Shown: positions 17,083 through 24,000 of the stretch, piece by piece | Layout of the letters: every line of letters starts with the position of its first letter | How positions within the stretch are numbered: position 1 is the stretch's first letter | Assembly (NCBI GenBank): GCA_044226845.1 | Contig: JBGAGG010000004.1 | Span: 254,732-278,731 of the forward strand | From: Ignavibacteria bacterium | GTDB taxonomy: Bacteria; Bacteroidota; Ignavibacteria; Tepidaquicellales; Tepidaquicellaceae | DNA: 24,000 nt | Direction of reading: 5' to 3' | Notes under the pieces: model-generated | The model's input: only the letters and a program-made list of their open reading frames with translations | Told to the model about the DNA's origin: nothing | Databases searched by the model: none | Position numbers and translations under genes: made by a program

Positions 17083-17185
17083 TGAACGAAGTGAAGTCCC
17101 GCTTTAGCGGGGTTACTTTTTTGCGACTCTCTACAATTAATGAGATGCTGAGAGGCAAAATAGCGAAAACACAAGAGAATTAAAG

Positions 17186-17240
17186 AATCCGTCAAAAATT
17201 CGTCAAAAAGAAGAATTTGAAAATGTTACTTTTTTGTAAC
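17186..17240 (+). repeat. Shortened copy 2 of the R-family repeat
   Basis: aatccgtcaaaaattcgtcaaaaagaagaatttgaaaatgttacttttttgtaac shares the 21-nt head and the AATG-YKAC tail, but lacks the central segment of about 45 bp. Confidence 0.7.
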
Positions 17241-17283
17241 ACAAAATCTGAGATTAAAAATCTGAAATCTGAAATTAGAAGAG

Positions 17284-17380
17284 AATCCGTCAAAAATTCG
17301 TCAATATGAAGAATTTTTTTCAGGAGAAATTGAAAAGTATGATTTTAAGCCAAAAATAAAGAATGCGACTTTTTTGCGAC
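17284..17380 (+). repeat. Copy 3 of the R-family repeat, including its terminal bipartite motif
   Basis: aatccgtcaaaaattcgtcaatatgaagaattttttt...gaaaagtatgattttaagccaaaaataaagaatgcgacttttttgcgac. Confidence 0.8.
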
Positions 17381-17503
17381 TTTTGCACAGGCTCCCCTCA
17401 GGAAGGAGAGGGGTTAGGGGTGAGGTTTAAATTGATACCGCCCCCTCAGTCCACCTCCTTAAAAAGGAGGAGGAAGCTTGGGAAATAAAATGTGACAATA
17501 ATG

Positions 17504-17929
17504 TTACTTTAACATCAAAGATGATATCATCTTATAATCATTCTCCGGAATTTCAAAAAATCCGGTACGAAATATAAATCCCCATGATTTCTTGTTCTTA
17601 ATAAATTCTAGTTTTTCTATAAGCGGACGAATCTCGACTTCCTTTGATTTCTTGAATTCAATATTTCGCCGAAACGGCTCAAAATCGGCTGACATTTGTA
17701 CTTTTTCTATGTTTTCATCGCAAATTTCACCGATTGCGACGAATTTCTGATAAGGCGCTTTATCGTTCATTCCCTGTTTTGATGCGTAAAATAAAACCCG
17801 GTCGCCTTTGCTGATGCGTTTCAGCGGAGCTTCTTTGCCGTGATTAGCCTGCATAAATGAACCATCGACGCCTTTCATTATGTGGTCTTTGCAGGCAACA
17901 ACAACCCAATATTTTGAGTTCTTTGACAT
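17504..17929 (-). CDS. EVE / PUA-like domain protein
   Basis: 141-aa ORF. SKYWVVVACKDHIMKGVDGSFMQANHGKEAPLKRISKGDRVLFYAS...FVAIGEI...RPLIEKLEFIKNKKSWGFIFRTGFFEI matches my recollection of bacterial EVE-domain proteins of about 145 aa. Confidence 0.55.
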   Translation of the reverse strand: MSKNSKYWVVVACKDHIMKGVDGSFMQANHGKEAPLKRISKGDRVLFYASKQGMNDKAPYQKFVAIGEICDENIEKVQMSADFEPFRRNIEFKKSKEVEIRPLIEKLEFIKNKKSWGFIFRTGFFEIPENDYKMISSLMLK

Positions 17930-17934
17930 ATTTA

Positions 17935-19620
17935 TTAATACTCCAGATTGAACCTCAGATAAGCGAAAGATAAATCTGAAAATGTATCCTTGGTAAGATT
18001 GCTTACACCTGAATAATTATATCCCAGATGAAAATTGAAGCCTATGATTGGCTCATATTTAAAATCCATTGCAAACACACTGGTATTAACACGTTCGCCG
18101 TCTAAGAAATACATATCATCAGGGTCAATGCCGTATCTGTATCTCTGGAAAACATCGCCTCCTACGTTCTTTAAAAGATTACCGTTTGCATCATAGATGT
18201 TATTTCCTTCACGGATTTTTTTAAACAACAGATTCAGCTGCATTCTATCGGAAAAATTATAGATGGCATTTAATCTAAGCTCATCTGCATTGGGTCCTAT
18301 AGAATGTCCGAGTATTTCTGTGTAAGAGGTGTATGTATTTTTTGCAATTTGATGAGTGTATACAAACGGACGGATTTTTGTGTATTCAAAAATAAATGAC
18401 AGGTTTTCTATTCCGGCAGGCTCATATAAATATGTTCCGAGCTGGTAACCTATCTTATTCGAAAATCTGTTAAGATTGGCAAGATTACCTATGAAATCTT
18501 CATCCATAAGAAAGTTTGCCTGGAACTGAACGTTCTTTAAAAAGTGCGACTGGAAATCAAAAAATATAAGTCCGTTATCTCTATCCTGTAAAGATTGTTC
18601 CACGAATTTATAGAAAATTAAAGGATTGAGATAAGCGATTTCAAGAGGGCGTGAGTAAACGACAATATCTCCCATACCGACATCAAATAATCCGGGGAAG
18701 GAAAGCTTAAGCATATTTGCAGCCCAGAACTTTGAATAATTTGAATCAATATCTCTGTGATACTCCCCCACTGTAGAAGCAGTTATAGAAGTAAAATTAA
18801 TTATGCCGTATTTAAAATTGAACTTGATAAAATCCATATCAGGACCGTTACCCGAAAGCGCTAACCGTTCACCGTAGCCAAAGCCGAACTTAAGCTGCTC
18901 GCGTCCGATTTGTGCAGAGATATCCATGCCTTCCATAGGGGAAGTTTTGTATCGCAAATATCCTGTGTTGTATTCGTAGCTTTGGATGTTTTCACTATTC
19001 TCTAAAAATTTATATGTGTTTTTCAATCGCGGGTCTATGCGTGTTGCAAGTGTGGGAGATTTTGACAATGCACCTTTCTGAAATGATAAGTTATAACCGA
19101 GGTGGCTGAAAACCGTGCCCTGAAATCTGAATCCGCCGTCAAATATAAATGTGGATGAATCACTGTACGGCTTGAACTCTTTGCCGCCTATTAAGTTGCC
19201 AAAGAAATCAATGTAAAGACTGTTTTCATCTTTCTCATATAAATAAACGTACTTTTTTTTATCGGAGAAAATTTCTCCGAAACGTTTTGAAAATTTTCTA
19301 TCGCCGTCAAAAAATCTTGTTGTATTATCATAGCTTCTTTCTTCAGGAAGGAATTCTATTTTATATTTTTGCAATAATTTTTTATCAACTGATGAAAGTT
19401 CATAAGATTTCTCATCTATCTGATATAAAAAATTTGATACATCTCCCCGGGATAAATTCGGATTATCATCGTTAATTGGTCCGATAACCTGTTTGACGGA
19501 CATTGCTTTTAGATAGTCATAAACAGGATTTGACAGAGGAATGTTATCTTCCTGCGAGTAGCCCATATTGCAGGCAAAAAATAATATAGCTATAGTGAAA
19601 ACAGTAAGAAGTTTGTTCAA
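17935..19620 (-). CDS. Outer-membrane beta-barrel protein, capsule-assembly Wzi-like
   Basis: 561-aa ORF. Signal peptide MNKLLTVFTIAILFFA. The N-terminal helical segment PLSNPVYDYLKAMSVKQVIG...LSRGDVSNFLYQI resembles the Wzi N-domain pattern. It is rich in aromatic/Gly beta-strands, and the C-terminus ...LRFNLEY ends in an aromatic residue. Confidence 0.5.
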   Translation of the reverse strand: MNKLLTVFTIAILFFACNMGYSQEDNIPLSNPVYDYLKAMSVKQVIGPINDDNPNLSRGDVSNFLYQIDEKSYELSSVDKKLLQKYKIEFLPEERSYDNTTRFFDGDRKFSKRFGEIFSDKKKYVYLYEKDENSLYIDFFGNLIGGKEFKPYSDSSTFIFDGGFRFQGTVFSHLGYNLSFQKGALSKSPTLATRIDPRLKNTYKFLENSENIQSYEYNTGYLRYKTSPMEGMDISAQIGREQLKFGFGYGERLALSGNGPDMDFIKFNFKYGIINFTSITASTVGEYHRDIDSNYSKFWAANMLKLSFPGLFDVGMGDIVVYSRPLEIAYLNPLIFYKFVEQSLQDRDNGLIFFDFQSHFLKNVQFQANFLMDEDFIGNLANLNRFSNKIGYQLGTYLYEPAGIENLSFIFEYTKIRPFVYTHQIAKNTYTSYTEILGHSIGPNADELRLNAIYNFSDRMQLNLLFKKIREGNNIYDANGNLLKNVGGDVFQRYRYGIDPDDMYFLDGERVNTSVFAMDFKYEPIIGFNFHLGYNYSGVSNLTKDTFSDLSFAYLRFNLEY

Positions 19621-19654
19621 ATTGGATTTTTAGTTTTGCTTTATTATAGTAAGT

Positions 19655-20686
19655 TTGAATCACATTTTTAATGCACATTATTTGGCAGAATTGTTTGAAC
19701 CATTATACATAAAATTATATAAATCAGGTGAACTTTCCAGAAGAGCAGAAGTGCTGAAGCAAATGCTTGCGGATTGTAACATCTGTCCAAAAGATTGTAA
19801 AGTGAACAGGCTTGAAAACAAAATCGCTGCCTGCTACTCAGGATTTAATCCCGTAGTCTCAGCGCATTGTGTACACTACGGTGAAGAGCCTGTGCTTGTA
19901 GGAATGAAAGAACACGGCAATGAAAACGGAGTCGGAAATATTTTCTTCGGCAACTGTAATCTAAGATGCGTCTATTGCCAGAATTACGAAATATCTCAGA
20001 ACCATAAGCTCGAAATAAAGAACGAAATCAGCATTGAACGTCTCGCCGAAATGATGCTTGAGCTTCAGAGTAAAAATGTAAACGCAATCGGCTTTGTATC
20101 CCCTACTCATTTTGTTCCGCAGATTGTGCTGGCGCTAGAGCTTGCAATTCCTATGGGGTTAAATCTCCCATTGGTATATAACACAAACTGTTATGATTCA
20201 GTTGAAGTAATAAAATTGCTTGATGGAATTATTGATGTGTATCTGCCCGATTTGAAATACGCAGATAACGAATACGGGTATAAATACTCAAAGATAAAAA
20301 ATTATGTTGAGCACTCACACGCGGCTATAATCGAAATGCACAGGCAGATAGGAAGCGAAGTTGTAATAGAAAATAATTTAATGAAGCGCGGACTTATAAT
20401 AAGACATCTTATTCTTCCCAATGATTTAGCAGGAAGCTACGATACTTTGAAGTTTATATCGGAGCTTGATAACAATATTCATCTATCAATAATGTCGCAG
20501 TATTATCCGACTCATAAAGCATTAACGATAGATTTGCTTTCAAGGAATATTCGCGAGCGTGAGTACGATAAAGTTTTAGACTGGATGGACGAGCTGAATT
20601 TACAGAACGGCTACTTACAGGAATTTGAAAGCGAAAATTATTACAGACCGAATTTTGCTGATAGAGTAGAGCCGTTTAAGAGGTAG
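19655..20686 (+). CDS. Radical SAM protein, PflX-like (COG1313, pyruvate formate-lyase activase-related)
   Basis: 343-aa ORF. The CxxxCxxC cluster is GNCNLRCVYCQNY. An upstream Cys-rich segment CNICPKDCKVNR...AACYSG and YGEEPVLVG are typical of PflX. The start is uncertain: TTG at 19655 or TTG at 19682. Confidence 0.75.
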   Translation: MNHIFNAHYLAELFEPLYIKLYKSGELSRRAEVLKQMLADCNICPKDCKVNRLENKIAACYSGFNPVVSAHCVHYGEEPVLVGMKEHGNENGVGNIFFGNCNLRCVYCQNYEISQNHKLEIKNEISIERLAEMMLELQSKNVNAIGFVSPTHFVPQIVLALELAIPMGLNLPLVYNTNCYDSVEVIKLLDGIIDVYLPDLKYADNEYGYKYSKIKNYVEHSHAAIIEMHRQIGSEVVIENNLMKRGLIIRHLILPNDLAGSYDTLKFISELDNNIHLSIMSQYYPTHKALTIDLLSRNIREREYDKVLDWMDELNLQNGYLQEFESENYYRPNFADRVEPFKR

Positions 20687-21284
20687 AGATTACAATAGAT
20701 GCGTTCGTCAGCTTACCAACTTCATCTTTAAATTTCTCTATCTTAGAAACGATAACAGAACACTCAAGCTTTACTTTATCATCGGATGTATTGGATAAAA
20801 TTATTATTTGCTCTTTCTCAAGGAAGTTCATCACTGCTCCTATGTATTTGTAATCAAACTCGATTTTAAAATCTTCTGTAATTTGTTTTGTAACGATTTC
20901 AGCATTTTGAACTGCAAGCTCCGATGCTTCAAAAATTGCGCGGCGAAGTCCGCCGACGCCTAGCTTCACTCCACCGAAGTAACGGGTTACGACTATGAGG
21001 ATATTAGTCAGTTCGAATTTATCTATGACTTCCATAATTGGTTTACCTGCAGAGCCCGACGGCTCTCCGTCATCGGAGTAACGGAAGTTATTTGCATCCA
21101 ATCCTAATCTGTAAGCAAAAGGATGATGCGCAGCATTGTAATATTTTTTCTTAGATGATATTAATGTCTGATTTATTTCTTCAGGATTTGTTACAGGATA
21201 GATCTGTGATATGAATTTTGATTTGGAAACTTTTAGCTCAGCTTCAGAAGGAATGAGAATAGTTTTATAGGAATCAATTTGCAA
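20676..21284 (-). CDS. yigZ: IMPACT family protein YigZ (UPF0029); TTG start
   Basis: 202-aa ORF containing HHPFAYRLG...RYSDDGEPSGSAGKPIMEVI...ILIVVTRYFGGVKLGVGGLRRA. Confidence 0.8.
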   Translation of the reverse strand: MQIDSYKTILIPSEAELKVSKSKFISQIYPVTNPEEINQTLISSKKKYYNAAHHPFAYRLGLDANNFRYSDDGEPSGSAGKPIMEVIDKFELTNILIVVTRYFGGVKLGVGGLRRAIFEASELAVQNAEIVTKQITEDFKIEFDYKYIGAVMNFLEKEQIIILSNTSDDKVKLECSVIVSKIEKFKDEVGKLTNASIVISTS

Positions 21285-21377
21285 TTAACAATTAGTAATT
21301 AACAATTAACAGAAATATTTTAAAGTTAGAATAAACGAATAATTAACAACGGACAACCGATAACTAACAACTGACAA

Positions 21378-22031
21378 CTATTTCCATGCATCTTCACCTA
21401 CAAGAGGGACAAATTTAAACTCGCTGTATTTCTTAATAGAGTATTCAGGCTTGCCGTCTTTGCCCTCTGATTTTTTTATTACAACCATCTGCTGCAATTT
21501 TTTATCACCTACAGGTATTACCATTATTCCATCGTTCTTTAACTGAAGTGTCAATTGTTTTGGAATTTTCGGGCTGCCTGCAGTTACAATAATTCTATCG
21601 TATGGAGCAAATTGCTGCCAGCCTGTTGAACCGTCATCTAACTTCATTGTAATGTGATATGGTAAAGACTCGAATCTCTTTGCAGTGTTTTCAAACAGGT
21701 CATGTACTCTTTCAATTGAATAAACTTTAGCGCCCATTTCACAAAGCATTGCTGCCTGATAACCGGAACCTGTTCCTATTTCAAGGACTTTATCACCCGG
21801 TCTTACATCGAGAAGCTCCGTCATGTAAGCAACTGTATAAGGCTGGGAAATTGTCTGTCCGCCGCTTATGGGCAGCGCAGTATTATCATAGGCATACCGT
21901 TTCATTTCAGATGATACAAAAAGTTCACGTTTGACTTTACCGATAGCTTCCAGTACTTTTTTATCTTTAATGCCATGCTTCTTAAGCTGCTCTACTAAGT
22001 CTTTTCTTCTCTGTGTGTGTAAGTCTGTCAA
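21378..22031 (-). CDS. pcm: Protein-L-isoaspartate O-methyltransferase (TTG start, overlaps the cdaA stop as TTGA)
   Basis: 217-aa ORF containing GQTISQPYTVAYMTELLDVRPGDKVLEIGTGSGYQAAML...RIIVTAG. Confidence 0.9.
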   Translation of the reverse strand: MTDLHTQRRKDLVEQLKKHGIKDKKVLEAIGKVKRELFVSSEMKRYAYDNTALPISGGQTISQPYTVAYMTELLDVRPGDKVLEIGTGSGYQAAMLCEMGAKVYSIERVHDLFENTAKRFESLPYHITMKLDDGSTGWQQFAPYDRIIVTAGSPKIPKQLTLQLKNDGIMVIPVGDKKLQQMVVIKKSEGKDGKPEYSIKKYSEFKFVPLVGEDAWK

Positions 22032-22876
22032 TTCTCTGCTTCTTCCTTCTTCTTTGGTGTTATGGATTTTTCCGCATCGTCAAAAATTGTCTTAACAGAT
22101 TTTGCCACACTGGTCTTTGCAATAGTTTTATTCAGTTCCTCTATCAATTCATTTCTGTCCTTTATCTTCTTTATTTTGCCGTCTTCTGCAATGGAAATAA
22201 CCTGTCTCTCCTCTGAAAGTATAAGACAAATTGCATCGGATTCCTCAGTTATTCCCACTCCTGCTCTGTGCCTTGTTCCGTAATTTCTCACACCAAGCTT
22301 TGATACATCTGCCAAAGGCAATGTGCATCTTGCCGCCTCAATTTTATTGTTGTTAATTATAACTGCTCCGTCGTGAAGCGGAGATTTAGGATTGAACAAT
22401 GATATAAGCAGTTCTTTATTGATTTTTGCGTCAAGCTTCTCGCCTGTTTCAACAACGTTCTGCAAGCCCGTTGTACGCGTGATTACAATCAGCGCCCCCC
22501 ATCCTTTTTCTTTCATTTCCATCATTGCGTCAACTATTTCAGCTATGTATTCGCTTGTATTTGCCCGCGTGAAAATCCTTGTAAACCGGGTTTTACCTAT
22601 GATAAGCAGCAGCCTTCTTATTTCCGGCTGGAATAAAATAATGAATGCAATTACCCATATTTCAGTGACACGACCAAGTAACCAGCCCAGAGCTTGAAAA
22701 TCCAATGCCTGAGCAAGAATTGAAATACCGACTATGAAAACCAGCGCTATAAAAATCTGCGCAGCAATAGTACCTTTCATCACATTGAACAAACGGTAAA
22801 AAATATAGGAGACAATTATAATGTCTATTATATCTATGAGCTTTACCGTAACGAATCCAATGCTGAATAATTCCAT
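22028..22876 (-). CDS. cdaA: Diadenylate cyclase (membrane-anchored c-di-AMP synthase, CdaA/DacA type)
   Basis: 282-aa ORF. Three N-terminal TM helices precede a DAC domain: GALIVITR...PLHDGAVIINNNKIEAARCTLPL...YGTRHRAGVGITEESDAICLILSEERQVISIAEDGKI. Confidence 0.88.
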   Translation of the reverse strand: MELFSIGFVTVKLIDIIDIIIVSYIFYRLFNVMKGTIAAQIFIALVFIVGISILAQALDFQALGWLLGRVTEIWVIAFIILFQPEIRRLLLIIGKTRFTRIFTRANTSEYIAEIVDAMMEMKEKGWGALIVITRTTGLQNVVETGEKLDAKINKELLISLFNPKSPLHDGAVIINNNKIEAARCTLPLADVSKLGVRNYGTRHRAGVGITEESDAICLILSEERQVISIAEDGKIKKIKDRNELIEELNKTIAKTSVAKSVKTIFDDAEKSITPKKKEEAEN

Positions 22877-23036
22877 ATGAGCAAGTTACTCAATTAAATA
22901 TTTTTTTTCAGTGTAAAGAATTGTTTTGCAGTAATTCTTCTTTCAAATAACAAATGCTCTACAATTACGTATTAAAACTAAATCAAGCACTTCTTTTTAA
23001 ATTGATTAATTTTTCTGAGAGTGTATTTTGTAATAG

Positions 23037-24000
23037 ATGGAAAACAATACAGACAACTCTGAACAAGAACTGAACAGGCTTGCATTAGAAGAAGAATACA
23101 GAAGAAGATTTTCCGGGTATGAAGCACCGAAAAAAAAGAATAACTACTTATTCCATATAGGTCTTTTTCTTCTTACATTTATAACAACTACTCTAGGCGG
23201 AGTTTACTGGGGAGGCAACGACCCATATAATATTTCAAATTTCGCGCTTGGACTTACTTATTCCTGTTTAATATTATTTATAATTTCTGCTCATGAATTC
23301 GGGCATTACTTCGCTGCTAAAATTCACAAAGTTGATGTTACACTTCCCTACTATATCCCGTTTCCTTTTTTATTTTTAAACCCGTTCGGAACAATGGGTG
23401 CCGTTATAAGAATGCGCTCAGCTGCTTCAACACGCAAAGCACTGTTTGATATAGGCGTAGCAGGACCTATTGCCGGCTGGATAGCATCTGTTATAATCTT
23501 AATAATAGGATTTACAACTCTGCCTTCAATAGAATTTTTATTCAAAATCCATCCGGACTACGCAATGAACGGCGTACTTGTTCAGGGAGAAACTTTCGGA
23601 TACAGTATTTTATTTAAAAGTTTTGAATGGTTATTTGCTTCGCCTTCCGGTTTTATGCCGCCGATGAATGAAGTATATCACTACCCTTTTTTATGCGCCG
23701 GTTGGTTCGGACTATTAATAACTGCTCTCAATATGATGCCGGCAGGTCAGCTTGACGGCGGACATATTTCATACACAATGTTCGGTAGTAAAAGTTCTTC
23801 TATAATCGGACACGTTGTTGTTGGGATATTATTTATTATGGGAGTGATCGGCCTTTTACCTTTGATAGATATTAACGTGGATTTCGGCTCCGTCAACTGG
23901 CTTGTATGGGCTTTGCTTATCACATTTGTAATAAAAATTCCTCATCCTCCGACAGTGAATCACGATCCGGAACCGTTAAGTAAAACAAGAATGGCAATCG
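23037..24000 (+). CDS. M50 family (site-2 protease-like) membrane metalloprotease; N-terminal part, continues past the right edge
   Basis: Absent from the ORF track because there is no stop codon in the window. ATG is at 23037. My translation: MENNTDNSEQELNRLALEEEYRRRFSGY...LFIISAHEFGHYFAAKIHKVDVTLPYYIPFP...LNMMPAGQLDGGHISYTMFG. It has the HExxH and NxxPxxxLDGGH motifs and multiple TM segments. Confidence 0.85.
   Translation, partial: MENNTDNSEQELNRLALEEEYRRRFSGYEAPKKKNNYLFHIGLFLLTFITTTLGGVYWGGNDPYNISNFALGLTYSCLILFIISAHEFGHYFAAKIHKVDVTLPYYIPFPFLFLNPFGTMGAVIRMRSAASTRKALFDIGVAGPIAGWIASVIILIIGFTTLPSIEFLFKIHPDYAMNGVLVQGETFGYSILFKSFEWLFASPSGFMPPMNEVYHYPFLCAGWFGLLITALNMMPAGQLDGGHISYTMFGSKSSSIIGHVVVGILFIMGVIGLLPLIDINVDFGSVNWLVWALLITFVIKIPHPPTVNHDPEPLSKTRMAI

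Larger units (their letters stand above)
16801..17507. repeat. Repeat- and hairpin-dense ORF-free island carrying six copies of a 19-nt bipartite motif, AATG-YKAC-(AATAAT or TTTTTT)-RYKAC
   Basis: Motif copies:
- 16843-16861 aatgttacaataatgctac
- 16925-16943 aatgtgacaataatatgac
- 17109-17127 ggggttacttttttgcgac
- 17222-17240 aatgttacttttttgtaac
- 17362-17380 aatgcgacttttttgcgac
- 17489-17507 aatgtgacaataatgttac
Hairpins:
- 16875-16897: ccccctcctt-act-aaggaggggg.
- 16811-16827 and 17097-17110: related cccgc/gcggg stems in opposite orientations.
- 17394-17414.
- 17451-17478. Confidence 0.8.

Noticed and set aside
16999-17380. Possibility that the aatccgtcaaaaatYcgtcaa repeats form a CRISPR array
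   Set aside because: There are only three copies, with irregular spacing (187 and 98 bp). The sequence between copies is itself repeated (copies 1 and 3 are homologous over about 84 bp). The repeats have no palindromic repeat core, and no cas genes lie in the window.
12733-22031. Many non-ATG starts: rpsL GTG; rpsJ, pcm, yigZ, the pflX-like gene and the 105-aa ORF TTG
   Set aside because: I considered this a possible sign of unusual initiation or annotation error. For the conserved genes, the N-termini line up with homolog lengths, and this frequency of TTG/GTG starts is within the normal bacterial range.
21749-23545. ORFs 21749-21934(+), 22013-22216(+), 22062-22283(+), 22392-22697(+) and 23351-23545(-)
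   Set aside because: They are antisense or off-frame relative to pcm, cdaA and the M50 protease, all of which have diagnostic motifs.

Overview
The window is low-GC and looks like an FCB-group genome (Ignavibacteria or Bacteroidota-like). Support: a T9SS C-terminal sorting domain, a short 285-aa primary-type sigma factor, and mostly Shine-Dalgarno-poor starts with several TTG/GTG start codons. All family calls come from motifs I recognise by eye; no BLAST, HMM or folding was run.

Layout:
- 1-2821 (-): a 4-gene cluster of three tandem paralogous phage-tail-collar (MdpB-like) proteins, each with a twin-arginine leader, followed by a secreted YWTD beta-propeller that runs off the left edge.
- 3226-4531: an outer-membrane beta-barrel protein and a DinB-family protein.
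- 4645-13116 (-): the translation core rpsL-rpsG-fusA-tRNA-tuf-rpsJ-rplC-rplD-rplW. After rplW it does not continue into rplB. It runs into a translationally coupled pair (an acidic 105-aa ORF and a 144-aa PIN-like ORF) and then the primary sigma factor.
- 13609-16640 (+): a radical copper oxidase (galactose/glyoxal oxidase-like) with no signal peptide, then a BNR/Ycf48-like propeller with a T9SS tail.
- 16641-17503: an ORF-free, repeat- and hairpin-dense island of about 860 bp between two convergent genes.
- 17504-24000: EVE/PUA-like protein, Wzi-like OMP, PflX-type radical SAM protein, YigZ/IMPACT, Pcm, the c-di-AMP cyclase CdaA, and a partial M50 site-2 protease.

Best leads for something undescribed:
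1. The Tat-leader tail-collar triplet operon.
2. The non-coding island carrying six copies of a 19-nt bipartite motif and nested hairpin elements.
3. The coupled PIN-like cassette wedged between rplW and the sigma factor gene.
4. A tRNA-Ile with a UAU anticodon inside the str operon.
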